37,632 bases of DNA from positions 1 to 37,632 of the forward strand of contig CAYUYH010000002.1 in the NCBI GenBank assembly GCA_964449175.1. Direction: 5' to 3'. Numbering within the stretch: position 1 is the first letter of the stretch; every line of letters starts with the position of its first letter. The notes beneath the pieces were generated by a model. It made no database searches. It saw only the letters and a list, made by a program, of their open reading frames with translations, and had not been told where the DNA came from. Positions 1 through 7,680 of the stretch are shown here, in pieces. The position numbers and the translations under genes were made by a program. Source of the stretch: an uncultured Planctomycetaceae bacterium. Lineage in GTDB: Bacteria; Planctomycetota; Phycisphaerae; SM23-33.

Positions 1-56
1 CAGTGGGCCAAGAGGGATCCTAGGAAGACGTATGAGGAAACGCGGTCAGAGATACA

Positions 57-506
57 TCAGGCGCGATCCGGCCCAAGGATTATCTCTTTGACTCTTCTTT
101 CGACTGTTTTGGCTTCCCGTACCGCGTCTAGAAGTCGCTCCAACCCGGCCCCCTTCAACGCGGGCATGGGGCTTATTGTGGACCCCCTCAGCTTGCTCAG
201 CAATACTTCGCGCCGCATGCTCCGCATCTGGCCCAAGTTGATCGCCGATTCCGGGGCAGAGAAGCTCGCGTAGTCTTCCTTCGTCAGTACCACAACATCT
301 GGACGGTGCCGTTGAGAGGCGACTTGCGAAGTGGACGTCACGATGTAGAGTGTCTCGTCAGACTGGGGGTTGCGGTTCAAGACGAAGAAATACCTGAGCT
401 TCCTCTCCCCCTTGCCAAACTGATATGACATCCGGAAACACCCGCCCTGGACCAAGATCGTCTTGGCCAGAAGATGATCTGGCAGCAATGGCCCCAGTCG
501 CCCCAT
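57..506 (-). CDS. Hypothetical 149-aa protein; candidate toxin partner of the adjacent Panacea/DUF4065 antitoxin-like gene (family not assignable by eye)
   Basis: ORF track 57..506(-). Its ATG (506..504) directly follows the TAA stop (509..507) of the upstream DUF4065 gene, with zero spacing. No confident motif. Only a loose MazF/PemK-like pattern (KLRYFFVLNR, LYIVTSTSQ, INLGQMRSMRRE). Confidence 0.6.
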   Translation of the reverse strand: MGRLGPLLPDHLLAKTILVQGGCFRMSYQFGKGERKLRYFFVLNRNPQSDETLYIVTSTSQVASQRHRPDVVVLTKEDYASFSAPESAINLGQMRSMRREVLLSKLRGSTISPMPALKGAGLERLLDAVREAKTVERRVKEIILGPDRA

Positions 507-1052
507 TTAGCCAAGCAATCCGAATGCCTCGTGACTCTCGCGAATACTCTCGATAATCGAGTCATCCGGGAGGTCCAGGAATAAGTCCTCAACTGGAATC
601 GGTCTTGAGGTGTTTTCCGCCGGGTCTGGGTAATGCTTCTTGTACGCCTTGAGGGTGTGAACCATTCTCCACAGCTGACTTGGCGTCTTGCTCCCAAACT
701 CGGCGTCGATCTCGCGCAAGATCTCCAAATCAGACTCTGAGAACTCGTTGTAGTCGATCCGCGTGTCTTTTGTCCCAATCACCCTCCCCGATAACGTGAA
801 TGGGAGCGAGTTATCATATTCTGCCCTATTGATGTGATTCAGCAGGGGAGACAGAACGGGCCCGTGCTGCATTGCCACGTAGTCCCCACCAAGGATCGGC
901 CTTCCGTACCTAGCTAAGTGCGCGCGGTCAGAATAGAAGACAAGCTTGACGAGTTTCAGCTTATCCATCTGTCCCCGATGGCGATGGAGAAGCCACAGGA
1001 TGACTTGCACAGCCTTGGCGCTATTGTACGGAAATGAGACAGGCGTTGGCAT
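507..1052 (-). CDS. Panacea/DUF4065 (SocA/GepA-like) domain protein, putative type II antitoxin
   Basis: 181 aa. Carries the hallmark block KLKLVKLVFYSDRAHLARYGRPILGGDYVAMQHGPVLSPLL typical of DUF4065/Panacea proteins. It is the upstream member of a tightly abutted bicistron. Confidence 0.75.
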   Translation of the reverse strand: MPTPVSFPYNSAKAVQVILWLLHRHRGQMDKLKLVKLVFYSDRAHLARYGRPILGGDYVAMQHGPVLSPLLNHINRAEYDNSLPFTLSGRVIGTKDTRIDYNEFSESDLEILREIDAEFGSKTPSQLWRMVHTLKAYKKHYPDPAENTSRPIPVEDLFLDLPDDSIIESIRESHEAFGLLG

Positions 1053-1267
1053 CGTGGCGTCAGCTCCCGTGTCTGTATTCTACATCGGTTTGGCGGGAAG
1101 ACCACAGCGATTTTTCCCGGATATTTCCCCATTTCCAATGGAATCCGCGCGTCTTCCCGCTGTCTGGGGCAGGTCCCTTCCCTCCCCGCGGGGGCCGAGG
1201 TTGTCGCCGAGGGCGAGTGCTGATATCCTCTCCACGAATGGCGTCATAGCCTGCTCTGGAGCGCGGT

Positions 1268-1334
1268 GGGGCTCCTGCCCAACCGCGCAAGGAGTTGATG
1301 CATTTGGCCTCGTAGGTGGCGGGGCAGGAGCCCC
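1268..1334. repeat. 13-bp perfect inverted repeat with 41-nt spacer in a divergent intergenic region
   Basis: GGGGCTCCTGCCC at 1268..1280 and its exact reverse complement GGGCAGGAGCCCC at 1322..1334. The spacer contains an ATGCAT palindrome. It lies about 85 nt upstream of the ATG at 1418. Confidence 0.8.
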
Positions 1335-1417
1335 GTCGGCCCAAACCCGGTTGTCCGACCGCTTCCGGTCTTCGTTGCCGGGGCGCCGGGTGTGCCTGCG
1401 GAGCTTGAGGACTTGAG

Positions 1418-4312
1418 ATGATCCTTTGCGTGATCCTGACCGCGTTCGTGCTCGCAGCGGCGCTGTACCTGGCCGCCGGCGACGGCGCTTTCGCCAACTC
1501 GGCGGGCATGGAGATGCTGCCGATCTCGCCGGGCGCCTTCACGATGGGCGAGACGCACTCCACGCCGCCGGCCCTCGGCGGCGACAAGCTGTTCCCCGCT
1601 GGCGACTGGGACGAGCGGCCCGCCCACAAGGTCGCGATCACGTATCCGTTCTGTATGTCGCGGACGCAGGTGACGGCGGAGCAGTTCCGCCGGTTCCGCC
1701 GCGACTACCCGGCCAACACGCGCTACGCCGTCAACGTCAGTTGGTACGAGGCGATGGAGTTCTGCCGCTGGCTGAGCGCGAAGGAGGGCAAGCCCTATCG
1801 TCTTCCGACCGAGGCGGAGTGGGAGTACGCCTGCCGCGCGGGCACGGACAGCCTGTTCTCCGGCGGCGGCCTCCCGCCGGCGCCCGGCGAGCCGAACAAC
1901 TGGGGCCTGGTCGGCATGCACTCGCTGCCGGCGGAGTGGGTCTGCGACTGGCATGACATCTACCCCGCGGGTGAGCTGACCGACCCGGTCGGCCCGGACT
2001 GGGGCTTCTGCAAGGTCGTGCGCGGCGGCGGGATTCAGGAGGAGACGCCATACTACGCGCGATCGGCCAATCGAGGCGGGCTGGCGCCAAACTTTCCGCC
2101 GCCGTTGCCCCCCGGCCCGCAGTTCGCCGCGCGACGAGCGGGCAGGGCGGTCCAGCCCCGGTGGAACATCGCCTCCCCGGTCAGGGCGGGCGACGGGTTG
2201 GTGGGGCAGTGGCACGACCGCGTGACCATCGGCGTGGACAAGAAGGGCGAGACGGTCGTCAAGGCCAGGCCCGACGCGACCCGCCGCGACGAGCTGGCCG
2301 CCCTCCAGGCCGACTGGACCGCCCGGCGCCGCCCGCAGTGGTCGGCGCGGTGGAGCGGCTACATCGTCGGCCCGCCGGGCGACGGCGAGGTGGAGTTCGC
2401 CGTCCGCACCGAGGGGCTGTTCGTGCTGAGGATCGACGCAGCCGAGGTGCTGCGGACCGAGTCCGGCGGCGGGCGGACGCGCGGCAAGGCACACCTGGAC
2501 GCTGGCAGGCCGCACTGGATCGTCGTCGAGTTCACCGTGCCGGAGGGCGCCGCCGGCGGCTTCGAGCTGCTGTGGCGCCGCGCCGGCCAGGAGTGCACGC
2601 CCGTCCCAGCCGAGGCGATCTTCCACAGCGACCGCGACCTGGAAGATCTCGCCGGCGCGACCGAGCCGGAAGGCCACTTCGTCGGCTTCCGCGTCGTCCA
2701 GGCGGAGATGCCCGCGACCAGGCCGTACGCCCACAACACGCCGTTCGTCCAGAAGTGCCTGCGCGGCAACGCCGGCGCGGTGACGGCCGGGCCTGATGCG
2801 AGGAAGCCCTACTTCCGCGTGCGAGGCATGCTGCCCGTCCCGCCGGAGAACTACCCGCCCGAGGCGGCTGGAGCGGTCGGCTTCCACCCGGCGATCCTCG
2901 GGCACAATCACAGTCCCGGCCTGGCCGTCTGCCCGAACGGCGACGTGCTGGCGATCCACTTCACCGCCTGCTCGTCCAGCACCGAGTACCTGCCCAACAT
3001 CGCCTTCATCGCCACGCGCCTGCGATACGGCGCCGACCGGTGGGACATGCCCGATCTTCTACTGGACTTTCCCGACGTCACCGAGGAAAGCCCGCTGCTG
3101 TGGAACGACGGCGGCGTGCTGCGGCTGTTTACCGGCGGGGTGGGGCTGAACCTCACGCCGTTCAAGTGGTGCTCGTCGAGCGACAACGGCGGGACATGGG
3201 ATGAGATCGCCTACCCCGTCTTCGCCGGGGAGATCGGCTCGCACTCGGCCCAGCCGATCACCAACGCCTTCCGCGACGCCGAGGGAACCATCTACCTCGC
3301 CAGCGACGCCGCCGGCGGCGACTCGGTGCTCTGGGCCAGCAACGACGACGGCGCGACGTGGCTCGACACGGTTGGCCGATCAGCCGGGCGACATACAGCC
3401 TACGTGCTACTGAAGGACGGCAGCATCCTCGGCCTGGGCGGCAAGAAGACCGACATCGACGGCTACATGCCGCAGGCCATCTCGCGCGACGGCGGGAAGA
3501 CCTGGCAGGTGAGCAAGACGCCGTTCCCCGCGCTGGCCGCCAACCAGAGGCCGACCGTCGTGAGGCTCGCCAGCGGGCGGATATTCTTCGCCAGCGACTT
3601 CCAGAGCAAGGTGAACGCCCAGCCGGCGGGCTATCCGCACCGCGGCGCGTTCGTCGCGCTCAGCGACGACGAGGGCACGACCTGGCGCATCAAGCCGCTC
3701 GCCGCCGCCCAGCCGCACGAGGGCAACGTGCTGCCGCATCGGCCCGGCTGGGGCAAGGCCGCCCACGACGACGCCACGCTCGGCTACACCATCGCTGCGC
3801 AGGCGCCCAACGGCGTCATCCACCTGATCAGCACGATGAACCATCCGTGCCTGCACTTTGAGATGAACGAGGCGTGGATACTGGACGACGCCGCCGGCGT
3901 GCCGGCGAACGTGCCCGTCGAGGTGCCGCAGGCCGAGACCATCGAGGAGAAGCATGCCAATGGGCGCACGCGGTGCACCTACAGCGGCGGCGTGGCGACC
4001 GATGGCCGCTGGCTGCTCGACGGCGCCGAGACGTGGTACTACGACGACGGCCGAAAGCAGTACGCCGCGACCTGGCGGGCCGGGCGAAAAGTCGGCGCGG
4101 AGACGTATTGGAACGCCGATGGGAAGGTGGTCTGGAGCTGGGAGCATCGCGACGACGGCGTGAGCGTCTGGACGCAGTATTGGCCGACGGGCGAGCGGAA
4201 GGCAGAGTCCGCCTGGCGCGACGGCAAGTGCGAGGGCGCCGCTGCGCTCTGGGACGCCGAGGGCAACGTCATCAGCCGGCGTCAGTTCGCCAGCGGCGTC
4301 CTCGCCGACTGA
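1418..4312 (+). CDS. Secreted/anchored 964-aa mosaic protein: FGE-sulfatase (SUMF1-like) domain + PA14-like domain + BNR/Asp-box sialidase-like beta-propeller + C-terminal MORN/YwqK-like repeats
   Basis: N-terminal hydrophobic segment MILCVILTAFVLAAALYLAAG. FGE-sulfatase motifs: RPAHKVAI, YRLPTEAEWEYACRAGT, VVRGGG. PA14-like block: WSARWSGYIVGPPGDGEVEFAV...FELLWRR. Four S-x-D-x-G-x-T-W Asp-boxes at about 3172, 3338, 3482 and 3662. C-terminal repeats: WYYDDGRKQYAATWRAGRKVGAETYWNADGKV. GAGGA lies 6 nt upstream of the ATG. Confidence 0.85.
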   Translation: MILCVILTAFVLAAALYLAAGDGAFANSAGMEMLPISPGAFTMGETHSTPPALGGDKLFPAGDWDERPAHKVAITYPFCMSRTQVTAEQFRRFRRDYPANTRYAVNVSWYEAMEFCRWLSAKEGKPYRLPTEAEWEYACRAGTDSLFSGGGLPPAPGEPNNWGLVGMHSLPAEWVCDWHDIYPAGELTDPVGPDWGFCKVVRGGGIQEETPYYARSANRGGLAPNFPPPLPPGPQFAARRAGRAVQPRWNIASPVRAGDGLVGQWHDRVTIGVDKKGETVVKARPDATRRDELAALQADWTARRRPQWSARWSGYIVGPPGDGEVEFAVRTEGLFVLRIDAAEVLRTESGGGRTRGKAHLDAGRPHWIVVEFTVPEGAAGGFELLWRRAGQECTPVPAEAIFHSDRDLEDLAGATEPEGHFVGFRVVQAEMPATRPYAHNTPFVQKCLRGNAGAVTAGPDARKPYFRVRGMLPVPPENYPPEAAGAVGFHPAILGHNHSPGLAVCPNGDVLAIHFTACSSSTEYLPNIAFIATRLRYGADRWDMPDLLLDFPDVTEESPLLWNDGGVLRLFTGGVGLNLTPFKWCSSSDNGGTWDEIAYPVFAGEIGSHSAQPITNAFRDAEGTIYLASDAAGGDSVLWASNDDGATWLDTVGRSAGRHTAYVLLKDGSILGLGGKKTDIDGYMPQAISRDGGKTWQVSKTPFPALAANQRPTVVRLASGRIFFASDFQSKVNAQPAGYPHRGAFVALSDDEGTTWRIKPLAAAQPHEGNVLPHRPGWGKAAHDDATLGYTIAAQAPNGVIHLISTMNHPCLHFEMNEAWILDDAAGVPANVPVEVPQAETIEEKHANGRTRCTYSGGVATDGRWLLDGAETWYYDDGRKQYAATWRAGRKVGAETYWNADGKVVWSWEHRDDGVSVWTQYWPTGERKAESAWRDGKCEGAAALWDAEGNVISRRQFASGVLAD

Positions 4313-4336
4313 CGCCGCCAAGATTGCGGGCGGGGC

Positions 4337-4364
4337 TTCACATTCCCGCGAAACTCAATAGAAT
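4337..4364 (+). promoter_or_regulatory. Sigma-70-like promoter candidate for the DUF1854 gene
   Basis: TTCACA (4337..4342), 16-nt spacer, TAGAAT (4359..4364). It sits about 45 nt upstream of the ATG at 4409 in a locally AT-richer spacer. Confidence 0.4.
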
Positions 4365-4408
4365 ACACGTATCCCCAGCCGGCAGCCGACGGGCGAAAGG
4401 CGGCACCG

Positions 4409-5065
4409 ATGCGTGCATCCCGAGAGATGGAGCCGTTGAAAGACCGGGAGGAGGAAGACGCCGAGAAGCTCAAGCGGGACGAGGGCGAGGATCGCCAGAA
4501 GGCCAAGCAAGAGCTTGAAGACGCCGGGAAGCGGATAAGGGAGGCTGAAGTGCAGTCCGAGGAAGCGGAACAGACAGATCAAGGCCGCGCCGGCGACGGC
4601 GCGGTCAAGCAGATCACCCGCGATGCCGCCGGGCAGCTCGTGGTCCGGATCGAAGGGCGGGACGAGGAGATCGTGGACGCCCGCGTCGCGCGATGCTTCC
4701 CCTGGTCGCTGCCCGAGAGCTACGTCTCCGTCCGCGACAAGGACGGCAAGGAGGTCGCGCTGCTCAGGACGCTGGACGAGCTGGACGAGGCCAGCCGCGA
4801 GATCGTCGCCAAGGAGCTGGAAGAGAAGATCTTCAACCCCAAGATCCAGCGGCTGACGAGCTACAAGAACGAGTTCGGCGTCGTGTCGATAACGGCCCAG
4901 ACCGACCGCGGCGAGGTGACCTTCCAGATTCGCAGCCGCGACGACGTGCGGCTGCTGTCACCTGGGCGGGCGCTGTTCCGCGACGCCGACGGGAACACCT
5001 ACGAGCTGGCGGACTTCACCGAGATGGACACAGCCAGCCAGAAGTGGCTGGAGCAGTACTTCTAG
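4409..5065 (+). CDS. DUF1854 family protein with a highly charged (E/D/K/R-rich) N-terminal extension of about 70 aa
   Basis: The C-terminal ~140 aa match my recollection of DUF1854: RCFPWSLPESYVSVRDKDGKEVALLRTLDELD...IFNPKIQRL...VSITAQTDRGEVTFQIRSRDDVRLL...FRDADGNTYELADF. The gene is adjacent to an ABC exporter, which is typical for this family. Confidence 0.7.
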   Translation: MRASREMEPLKDREEEDAEKLKRDEGEDRQKAKQELEDAGKRIREAEVQSEEAEQTDQGRAGDGAVKQITRDAAGQLVVRIEGRDEEIVDARVARCFPWSLPESYVSVRDKDGKEVALLRTLDELDEASREIVAKELEEKIFNPKIQRLTSYKNEFGVVSITAQTDRGEVTFQIRSRDDVRLLSPGRALFRDADGNTYELADFTEMDTASQKWLEQYF

Positions 5066-5074
5066 GCCGCAGGT

Positions 5075-5100
5075 CGTGCAGCTTCCGGCTTCGCTGCACG
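5075..5100. terminator. Hairpin in the convergent spacer; candidate terminator for the DUF1854 gene
   Basis: CGTGCAGC (5075..5082) and GCTGCACG (5093..5100) form an 8-bp stem with a 10-nt loop, 10 nt after the stop at 5065. There is no clear T-run. Confidence 0.35.
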
Positions 5101-5206
5101 CGGGTCTATCGCAATGGCCGGCGTTTCCGCGTGCAACCCGCCTGCGGCGGGCCTACGGCGAGTCGCCGAGCCTACTCCGCCGAAGCGGCTGCGAAGGCTG
5201 GACGCT

Positions 5207-5218
5207 CCATAGCTATGG
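5207..5218. repeat. 12-bp perfect palindrome CCATAGCTATGG in the convergent spacer
   Basis: Read directly from the sequence. It lies about 40 nt beyond the stop (5260..5262) of the ABC gene. Confidence 0.7.
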
Positions 5219-5259
5219 CGACGAAGCGTTGTACGCCCTACGGGGGTGGGCCTCGGCCG

Positions 5260-7548
5260 TCAGCCGCTGATGGCCATGACCGACTGCGTTTCCATCTGCA
5301 TCTTCAGCAGCTTGGCGTACAGGCCGTCTTCCTTGCCCGCCAGCTCCTCGTGGCTGCCCTGCTCGATGATCTCGCCCTTGTCGAGGATGATCAGCCGGTC
5401 GGCCTTGCGCAACGTGGAGAGGCGGTGGGCGATGGCGATCGTCGTGCGGTTTGCGATCAGATAATCGAGCGCCTGCTGGATGAGCTTTTCGGTCTCGGTG
5501 TCGACGGAGCTGGTGGCCTCGTCGAGGATGAGGACCGTCGGGTTGTTCAGTATCGCCCTGGCGATGCTGATCCGCTGGCGCTCGCCGCCGGAGAGCGTCT
5601 GGCCCCGCTCGCCGACCATGGTGTCGTAGCCGTCGGGGAAGCCGACGATGAAGTCGTGGGCGTTGGCGGCCTTGGACGCCGAGATGATCTGCTCCAGCGT
5701 GGCGTCCGGATTGCCGTAGGCGATGTTGCCGGCCACCGTGCCGTGGAACAGGAACGGCTCCTGGAGCACCACGCCGATGTGCCGTCGCAGCTCCTCGATC
5801 TCGTAGTCCCTCAGGTCGTGGCCGTCGATGAGGATTTGGCCCTCGAGCACGTCGTAGAAGCGGCAGATCAGGTTGACCATCGTGGTCTTGCCGCCGCCGC
5901 TGGGCCCGGCCAGGCCTACCATCTCGCCCGGCGCGATCTTGATGTTGATGTCCTTGAGCACGTTGCGGACGCCGTCGTAGCTGAAGCTGACGCCGCGCAG
6001 CTCGATCTCGCCGCGGATGGTTTTGACCCTCTTGGCGCCCGACTTGGAGAAGATCGCCGGCTCGGTGTCCAGTATCTCGAAGATGCGCTGCACGCTGGTA
6101 GCCGCCCTGTTGAACATACGGTCCATGTGCGCGATCATGTGGATCGGCTGGTAGAACATCCACATGTAGCCCATGAAGGCCATCAACGTCCCGACCGTCA
6201 TCGCGCCCTGCGGGGCGGTTTTCCCTGCCAGGGCGTCCTGTATGACCCAGTAGCCTCCCACCAGCCAGACGAGTATCGCGCCGATCTGCGTGCACATCTC
6301 CATCAGTGGGCCGAAGAGCGTCCAAAGGGTGATCATGCGGATCTCGCCGTGGTAGTACTCGGTGTTCTTGCCGCCGAAGCGGTCCACCTCGCGGTCTTCC
6401 TGGCTGAAGGCCTTGATCACGCGGACGCCCGGCAGCGAGTCGGCCACCACCGCGGTCAACACGCTCCAGCGGTGCCACAGGCGGTCGAAGGTCTTGTGCA
6501 GCTTCTTGTGGAAGACAATCGTGACTGACAACATGATTGGTATGGGCAGCAGCACGATGCATGCGAGCTGCCACTTCAGGATGAACAGCGCCACGGCCAC
6601 GCCCGTGATCGTCAGCACCGACACGATCAGCCGGACGGTCGTGAAGGCCACGAAATCCCAGATGCGGTCGCTGTCGCTGGTGACGCGCGTCACGAGCGAG
6701 CCGGTGGGCCTGCGCGAGAAGAAGCTCAGGCTGAGCTTGTGCAGGTGTGCGTACGTTCGGTCGCGGACATCGCGGCCCATGCGGCTGGCCAGGCCGGCCA
6801 TCAGCCGCTCGCGAAACGCCCCCGCGACGGCTGAGAACACCATCAAAGCCGTCAGAATTGCGATGAACCACAGCAGGGTCGCGTAACTCGGCCTGCCGCC
6901 GGCCACCGCGCCGAAACCGCGGTCCATCATCGGCTTCGTCAGCCCCGGGCGCACCAACTGGGCCAACGTCACCACTATCGCCAGGACGATGCCCGTGATC
7001 GCGCGCGGCTTGTAAGGCTTGACAAAGTCCATCAGCCGGCTGAGCACCTTCCGGCGGCTCAGGCACGCCGGGCACGTCTCGCTCCAGGCCGGTATCACCC
7101 GCCCGCACTTGTCGCAGCGGGTCTTCTTCTCCTCGCCGCGCGGGACCTCCGGCTCGATGCCGTTATCCTCCTTGCCCTCGATCCGCCGCTCGATGCGGCG
7201 CTGGATCTTGGCGACCTCCTTGGCCTGGCGGAGAGTGAAGCGGTACTCGCCGGCCACCTTGCCGTCGGACAGCAGCCGAAGGATGTTCATCCCCAGGCCC
7301 TCGACGATGGCGGCCTTGTCGATGCCCGCCTGCTTTCGCCAGGTTGCGTCCCATCGCCCGTCGCGGCGACGGAAGTAGCCCAGGGCGTCGTCGGTGAGCA
7401 CCAGGTAGCCCTCGACGTACATGCCACGCTCGTCCAGGTCGCAGCCCGCGACGGCCTGAACGGACTCGCGCGGCGCGACCTTGGCGACCTCGGCCATCAG
7501 GTCGTCGGGCATGTGGCTGAAGGGGTCTTCGTTGTTCGACTGGGTCAT
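5260..7548 (-). CDS. ABC exporter (fused 6-TM permease + ATPase) with an N-terminal cytoplasmic PH-like domain and a CxxC...CxxC zinc ribbon
   Basis: In-frame ATG at 7548 (MTQSNNEDPF) is preceded by GGAGAG. The longer track ORF up to 8805 is R/G/A-rich and overlaps the opposite-strand aminotransferase. Motifs: zinc ribbon CDKCGRVIPAWSETCPAC, Walker A GPSGGGKTT, signature LSGGERQRISIARA, Walker B LILDEATS. Confidence 0.9.
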   Translation of the reverse strand: MTQSNNEDPFSHMPDDLMAEVAKVAPRESVQAVAGCDLDERGMYVEGYLVLTDDALGYFRRRDGRWDATWRKQAGIDKAAIVEGLGMNILRLLSDGKVAGEYRFTLRQAKEVAKIQRRIERRIEGKEDNGIEPEVPRGEEKKTRCDKCGRVIPAWSETCPACLSRRKVLSRLMDFVKPYKPRAITGIVLAIVVTLAQLVRPGLTKPMMDRGFGAVAGGRPSYATLLWFIAILTALMVFSAVAGAFRERLMAGLASRMGRDVRDRTYAHLHKLSLSFFSRRPTGSLVTRVTSDSDRIWDFVAFTTVRLIVSVLTITGVAVALFILKWQLACIVLLPIPIMLSVTIVFHKKLHKTFDRLWHRWSVLTAVVADSLPGVRVIKAFSQEDREVDRFGGKNTEYYHGEIRMITLWTLFGPLMEMCTQIGAILVWLVGGYWVIQDALAGKTAPQGAMTVGTLMAFMGYMWMFYQPIHMIAHMDRMFNRAATSVQRIFEILDTEPAIFSKSGAKRVKTIRGEIELRGVSFSYDGVRNVLKDINIKIAPGEMVGLAGPSGGGKTTMVNLICRFYDVLEGQILIDGHDLRDYEIEELRRHIGVVLQEPFLFHGTVAGNIAYGNPDATLEQIISASKAANAHDFIVGFPDGYDTMVGERGQTLSGGERQRISIARAILNNPTVLILDEATSSVDTETEKLIQQALDYLIANRTTIAIAHRLSTLRKADRLIILDKGEIIEQGSHEELAGKEDGLYAKLLKMQMETQSVMAISG

Positions 7549-7583
7549 AAGCTCTCCGGGGCCCCGGGGTGGCCGAGTTTCTG

Positions 7584-7592
7584 ATTCTATCA
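7584..7592 (-). promoter_or_regulatory. Extended -10 promoter candidate (TGaTAGAAT) for the ABC exporter gene
   Basis: The reverse complement of 7584..7592 is TGATAGAAT, about 35 nt upstream of the ATG at 7548. I found no good -35 element. Confidence 0.35.
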
Positions 7593-7642
7593 GCCCATAC
7601 GCCGGCCTGCCACGGCAATTCCGCCTTTGGCGGGCGATGGCG

Positions 7643-7671
7643 TTGAACACCCGCCGCGGGGGCAATATGAT
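7643..7671 (+). promoter_or_regulatory. Sigma-70-like promoter candidate for the aminotransferase gene (predicts a near-leaderless mRNA)
   Basis: TTGAAC (7643..7648), 17-nt spacer, TATGAT (7666..7671). The ATG at 7681 is only 10 nt past the -10 element. Confidence 0.45.
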
Positions 7672-7680
7672 GGTTGGTCT

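Noticed and set aside
1244-2959. 571-aa minus-strand ORF antisense to the FGE/PA14 gene. The smaller nested ORFs in 1426..4321 on other frames belong with it.
   Set aside because: The translation is R/A/G/P-rich with no motifs, which is typical of a shadow frame in high-GC coding DNA. The plus-strand frame carries clear domain signatures.
4693-7108. Long ORFs 4693..6528(+) (611 aa) and 5213..7108(-) (631 aa) overlapping the DUF1854 and ABC genes.
   Set aside because: Their frames run through the convergent spacer or are out of frame with the ABC motifs. Composition is Arg/Gly/Asp-rich and low in complexity, with no recognisable domains. The ABC frame (5260..7548) explains the region.
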